Virus record (IMG/VR): IMGVR_UViG_3300027597_000005
Coordinates: 1-57,932 of that record
Source of the DNA: a virus
Taxonomy: Duplodnaviria > Caudoviricetes
Length of the DNA: 57,932 nucleotides
Strand: one strand, 5' to 3'
The translations under genes and the position numbers were made by a program. The stretch's first letter is position 1, and each line of letters starts with the position of its first letter. This document shows positions 54,368-57,932 of the stretch, piece by piece. The notes under the pieces are model-generated. The model made no database searches, was not told where the DNA came from, and was given only the letters and a program-made list of their open reading frames with translations.

Positions 54368-54766
54368 ATGACAAGAATTAATGTCCTTCCACCATCTGAA
54401 CTAACCCGTGAACATTTGATTGCAGAATATAGGGAAATTGTTCGTATATTTGCTTTAGTACGATCTGCACAATCTAAAGGAATAAACAAGTTTAACTTCC
54501 ATAAAAAATATAAACAGCCTAGTGAATATACACTAGGAACTGGTCATGTTTTATTTTTCTACAACAAATTGAAGTATATCTTGGAGAGATATCATTTGCT
54601 TATAGATGATATGATTCGACGACATTATACGCCTAATCCGATACCAGATGAAGACTTGTGTTTAGATATACATCAGGATTGGTTTGGTGATTATGTGCCG
54701 ACTGAAAATGCAATGATAATAAATCGTGAAAGAATACAAAAACGTTTAAGTGGGGATAAAACATGA
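54368..54766 (+). CDS. denV: Pyrimidine-dimer DNA glycosylase / endonuclease V
   Basis: MTRINV, HLIAEYREI.R, YTLGTGHVLFFY.KL. Confidence 0.95.
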   Translation: MTRINVLPPSELTREHLIAEYREIVRIFALVRSAQSKGINKFNFHKKYKQPSEYTLGTGHVLFFYNKLKYILERYHLLIDDMIRRHYTPNPIPDEDLCLDIHQDWFGDYVPTENAMIINRERIQKRLSGDKT

Positions 54767-54981
54767 ACGCTCTTAATGAAATTAGTGAAGAATTGGAGAC
54801 TGCACCTAAAAACTTTTCTGGCACTGTTACTGCAAAAGACGGTTCATGGGCATTGGTAGTAAAGGGTGAAATTATTAGTTATCATCCCTATATTCCCTTA
54901 ATGGTGTTTTCTACATCGACCCACGAGGTATCTTATCATTCACCATTGCCACCAAAGGGATATTATGACAGTAATATGTAA
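54763..54981 (+). CDS. Small hypothetical protein
   Basis: ATGA-coupled ORF. Confidence 0.55.
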   Translation: MNALNEISEELETAPKNFSGTVTAKDGSWALVVKGEIISYHPYIPLMVFSTSTHEVSYHSPLPPKGYYDSNM

Positions 54982-55345
54982 TTATTGTGGTAAGCCAGCA
55001 GAATATATTGGTGGCTCTGACTTATATCCACATAGACCTGATTTGTTTTCAAAACGTTTTTGGCGTTGTTATGATTGTGATGCCTATGTTGGTTGTATTG
55101 GTGGAACGAATAAACCTCATGGTATTCTTGCCAATAAATCTTTACGTTCTAAACGTATGCAAGCTCATTCCAGATTTGACATGTTGTGGAAAAATGGTAT
55201 AATGTCACGATCAGATGCATATGCATGGCTTTCTAATAAATTGGGAATACCAAAGGATGAATGTCATATTGGTCAATTTGATTCTTTGATGTGTAACAAA
55301 GTCATAAAGGTGATGGATTCTTATGCAATATCCCAGAGGGTATAA
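54965..55345 (+). CDS. Zinc-finger protein (DUF3268-like)
   Basis: CNYCG, YPHRPDL, C..CDAYVGC, AH..FD.LW, AY.WL, CHIG.FD. Confidence 0.8.
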   Translation: MTVICNYCGKPAEYIGGSDLYPHRPDLFSKRFWRCYDCDAYVGCIGGTNKPHGILANKSLRSKRMQAHSRFDMLWKNGIMSRSDAYAWLSNKLGIPKDECHIGQFDSLMCNKVIKVMDSYAISQRV

Positions 55346-55745
55346 AACATGTAACAAGTGTGGTACAACGTATCTCCATTGGGTATCAGTTGGCGGATAT
55401 TGGCGCTTGTCTAATGATCCTCGTGGCACGGATTTGCATCGTTGTCCTTCTAAGAATAAAGAAAAGGTTGAAAAGGCCAAAAAAGAGAAGGAACAAGACG
55501 ACAAGTTAAAGATTGGGCAACGTATACAAATCATATACGATAAATGTGGTGCAAAAGGTAAGTTTGGGCGTATAATATCTGTCGATAACACCGATAGTTG
55601 GGCTTCCGATTGGTATGGTATAGAACTGGATGACATGTTTGATTTAGGTCATAGTTGTTTGGGGTTATGCTCTTTTGGTCGTGGATATTACGTCCATATT
55701 ACATCAGTGAAGACTGCTGATAATACTTTAGATTTAGGTGAGTAA
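55323..55745 (+). CDS. Hypothetical protein (Zn-ribbon plus SH3-like part)
   Basis: CNKCG...H.C; GIELD...GHSC.G. Confidence 0.6.
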   Translation: MQYPRGYKTCNKCGTTYLHWVSVGGYWRLSNDPRGTDLHRCPSKNKEKVEKAKKEKEQDDKLKIGQRIQIIYDKCGAKGKFGRIISVDNTDSWASDWYGIELDDMFDLGHSCLGLCSFGRGYYVHITSVKTADNTLDLGE

Positions 55746-55886
55746 ATGAATAGCATGATGGTATTTTGTTTTGTGTTGAAATATGGTGTTTGTGCTGATA
55801 ATAAACCTGTAGAGAAACCAAAACAAACTGTAACTGTAACTGCACCAAAACAGGGTGCTAATGAAAAGAAGGTAGTACGTAAATGA
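55746..55886 (+). CDS. Small hypothetical protein (46 aa)
   Basis: Fills the gap exactly; ATGA overlap with the lipoprotein gene. Confidence 0.5.
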   Translation: MNSMMVFCFVLKYGVCADNKPVEKPKQTVTVTAPKQGANEKKVVRK

Positions 55887-56251
55887 AGCGTTTTATGATT
55901 ATTGCAATGGCTTTTGGTCTTTCAGCATGTGCCCCTGATACCCCTATCAACCAGCGCCAAGCCTCTGAGTCACAATTTCAGAATATTAAGGGGTTGACTG
56001 ATTGTATGCTTTATGACATTCAGGACTCAAATGTTTTGATCGTGCGTTGCCCAAATTCTACAACTACTACATCTTATGATGAAAGTTGCGGGAAGAATTG
56101 TCGTCGTCAAATCACTAATGTTGTCACCGATGGCGCACCATCTAGTGAACCACAAGTATGTGATACGACGAAAATTTACACACAGGCGCAAGCTGACGCA
56201 ATGTGTCTTGATAAGGTTTCCAAAAGTATGGGTTTTAAACCAACCGAGTAA
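55883..56251 (+). CDS. Lipoprotein
   Basis: MKRFMIIAMAFGLSAC lipobox; Cys-rich. Confidence 0.8.
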   Translation: MKRFMIIAMAFGLSACAPDTPINQRQASESQFQNIKGLTDCMLYDIQDSNVLIVRCPNSTTTTSYDESCGKNCRRQITNVVTDGAPSSEPQVCDTTKIYTQAQADAMCLDKVSKSMGFKPTE

Positions 56252-56255
56252 TATC

Positions 56256-57929
56256 ATGGATAATGTGACGAAATACTTTAGAACACATCACCTACCTTGG
56301 TCAGAAGCCGTGGCAGATGATGACGTTGTTGCTAAATCACCATTTACCGAAGTGGATGAAGTCGTCGTCACTATTAAGATGGATGGTGAATGTTTTATTT
56401 CAAAAACTCCTATTTTAATGTATGACGGCACAAAAAAGTTTATATCTTCAATAAAAATTGGTGATATTGTTGCTGGTGAATGTAACGGGGAAATTATACC
56501 ATCATTTGTTACTAAAACTTTTTTTAATGGAAATACTAATGATTGGTGCAGAGTGTGTTTTGAAGACTTATCTGGTAAAAAATACAAAACATTAATTTGC
56601 ACATCAACCCATAATTTTTTTGTTGATGGTGTATATAAACCAATACATGAGGTTAGTATCGGTAATGTTTTAAAACATTTGAAAAATAATAGAGTATGTC
56701 ATGACATACAAAAACAAATAATATTGGGTAAGTTATTAGGCGATGGTTCTTTTGGAAAATATGGAACTATGCAGTACACCCATAAGTTAGAACATATTGA
56801 GTATTCTAATTACATAAACACTATTTTGGGTGATGTTTACTCTGGGTCATGTATTGATAAAAATTATAATAGTTATAGTAAAAAAGAAAAATATAAGTCA
56901 TGGACTAAAAGTTGCAACACTATTTCTTTGCTTAAACAGTTAATGATAAAAAATAATAAAAAGATATTTCCTAAAGAGTTAATTGAAGAAATATCACCAT
57001 TATCATTGGCTATACTTTATATGGATGATGGAAATATTAGTTATAACAAGCTACCAATTATGCATATATCAACATGTGGTTTTGATTTGGAGTCATGTGA
57101 GAACATCCGTAAAGTTTTTGACATATATGGTATAAAAACAACGTTAACCAATAGTGATGGATATTTTTATATCCATATTTCGGCACATTCAGTTAATGAT
57201 TTTTGTGAGTTGATATGCAAATATATACCCCCTGTTATGCAGTATAAATTACCGGATTTATTTAAAAATAAATTCGAATTATTAGATGTAAATTATAAAT
57301 CTTTTAATGAACAAGAATTAAAAGATGTTAGAGTTAAAAGTATTGATTTTATAAGTGGTTCAAGATATACTGGAAAATATGACATCGAGACAACCACTCA
57401 TAATTATTTTGCCAATGGTGTTTTGGTTCATAATTGTACTTCTTTATACCCTTCTGGTCGTTGTCATGCGAGAAGTATTGATAGTGGTAATCACCCTTCC
57501 CGTGATTTTGTGAAAGCCTATTGGCGTGACCGTGCCCACTTACTACCTCATGGGTGGCGTGTGTGTGGTGAAAACCTATACGCCAAACATAGTATTCATT
57601 ATGAAGACTTGAAGGCATATTTGTATGTTTTTTCAATATGGAATGAACATAATATGTGTCTTTCGTGGGATGAAACGGTTGAGTGGGTAGAAATGCTAGA
57701 ATTGGTTCCGGTTGAAGTCATATATCGTGGATTATATGATGAAACTGAAATTAAGAAGGCTTTCCTACCACATAAGGAAAGACATGAAGGGTATGTGGTG
57801 CGTAATGCCAATTCATTTCATTACAGTGATGCTTCGAAAAACTTGGCCAAGTATGTTCGTAAGAACCATGTTCAGACGAATGAACATTGGATGTTCCAAG
57901 AAATAGTTCCAAATAAAATAATAAATTAA
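56256..57929 (+). CDS. ATP-dependent RNA ligase (Rnl2-like family) containing an intein
   Basis: KY.RT.HLPWS, IKMDGE motif I, HARS, CGENLYAKHSI.Y, FSIW, EGYVVR, AKYVR..HVQT..HW; likely start ATG 56256. Confidence 0.88.
   Translation: MDNVTKYFRTHHLPWSEAVADDDVVAKSPFTEVDEVVVTIKMDGECFISKTPILMYDGTKKFISSIKIGDIVAGECNGEIIPSFVTKTFFNGNTNDWCRVCFEDLSGKKYKTLICTSTHNFFVDGVYKPIHEVSIGNVLKHLKNNRVCHDIQKQIILGKLLGDGSFGKYGTMQYTHKLEHIEYSNYINTILGDVYSGSCIDKNYNSYSKKEKYKSWTKSCNTISLLKQLMIKNNKKIFPKELIEEISPLSLAILYMDDGNISYNKLPIMHISTCGFDLESCENIRKVFDIYGIKTTLTNSDGYFYIHISAHSVNDFCELICKYIPPVMQYKLPDLFKNKFELLDVNYKSFNEQELKDVRVKSIDFISGSRYTGKYDIETTTHNYFANGVLVHNCTSLYPSGRCHARSIDSGNHPSRDFVKAYWRDRAHLLPHGWRVCGENLYAKHSIHYEDLKAYLYVFSIWNEHNMCLSWDETVEWVEMLELVPVEVIYRGLYDETEIKKAFLPHKERHEGYVVRNANSFHYSDASKNLAKYVRKNHVQTNEHWMFQEIVPNKIIN
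56391..57434 (+). mobile_element. Intein (348 aa) with a LAGLIDADG homing endonuclease
   Basis: Starts CFISKTPILMYDG; block B CTSTHNF; LGKLLGDGS and AILYMDDGN; ends YDIETTTHNYFANGVLVHN followed by +1 Cys. Confidence 0.93.
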
Positions 57930-57932
57930 TCA

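Noticed and set aside
56076-56255. N-terminal extension of the RNA ligase ORF
   Set aside because: Overlaps the lipoprotein gene; ligase similarity begins at ATG 56256
1-57932. tRNA or rRNA genes and group I introns
   Set aside because: No cloverleaf or T-loop signatures noticed in intergenic gaps, and no conserved gene interrupted by an intron-sized insert

Overview
AT-rich fragment of a large T4-like myovirus genome with a probable Gram-negative host (sigma70-type promoters, T4-type TATAAATA late promoters, a C(UUCG)G terminator). The left part (about 9.4-33 kb, mostly minus strand) is the virion module: gp8 baseplate wedge, a 1919-aa DUF4815/VrlC-like protein, gp17, gp19, gp20, gp67/68, gp21, gp22 and gp23. 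These are interleaved with many uncharacterised proteins that carry prohead-protease-like cleavage motifs. gp3, uvsY and uvsW lie on the opposite strand, with RuvC-like and PhoH genes nearby. A ~1 kb non-coding region at 33 kb, holding a perfect 29-bp inverted repeat and 13-bp iteron-like repeats, sits at the strand switch next to an SF2-helicase-like gene. The right part (mostly plus strand) encodes RlpA, a PAAR-peptidase M15 fusion, a ParB-like protein, a metallophosphoesterase, an AAA ATPase, a DNA methyltransferase, an HNH nuclease, an ADP-ribosylglycohydrolase, topoisomerase II (gp39/60 and gp52), an NTP pyrophosphatase, lysozyme with a putative holin, ThyX, an exonuclease, GroES-like proteins, DenV and an intein-split RNA ligase. 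Most notable: (i) genes outside the head cluster that carry degenerate pieces of this phage's own portal, prohead protease and possibly capsid, which may be immune decoys; (ii) a candidate iteron origin with an initiator; (iii) a set of putative head-packaged enzymes; (iv) the PAAR-peptidase spike; (v) an active-site intein in the RNA ligase. All calls come from motif recognition by eye; no searches were run. No tRNA, rRNA or CRISPR array was seen.
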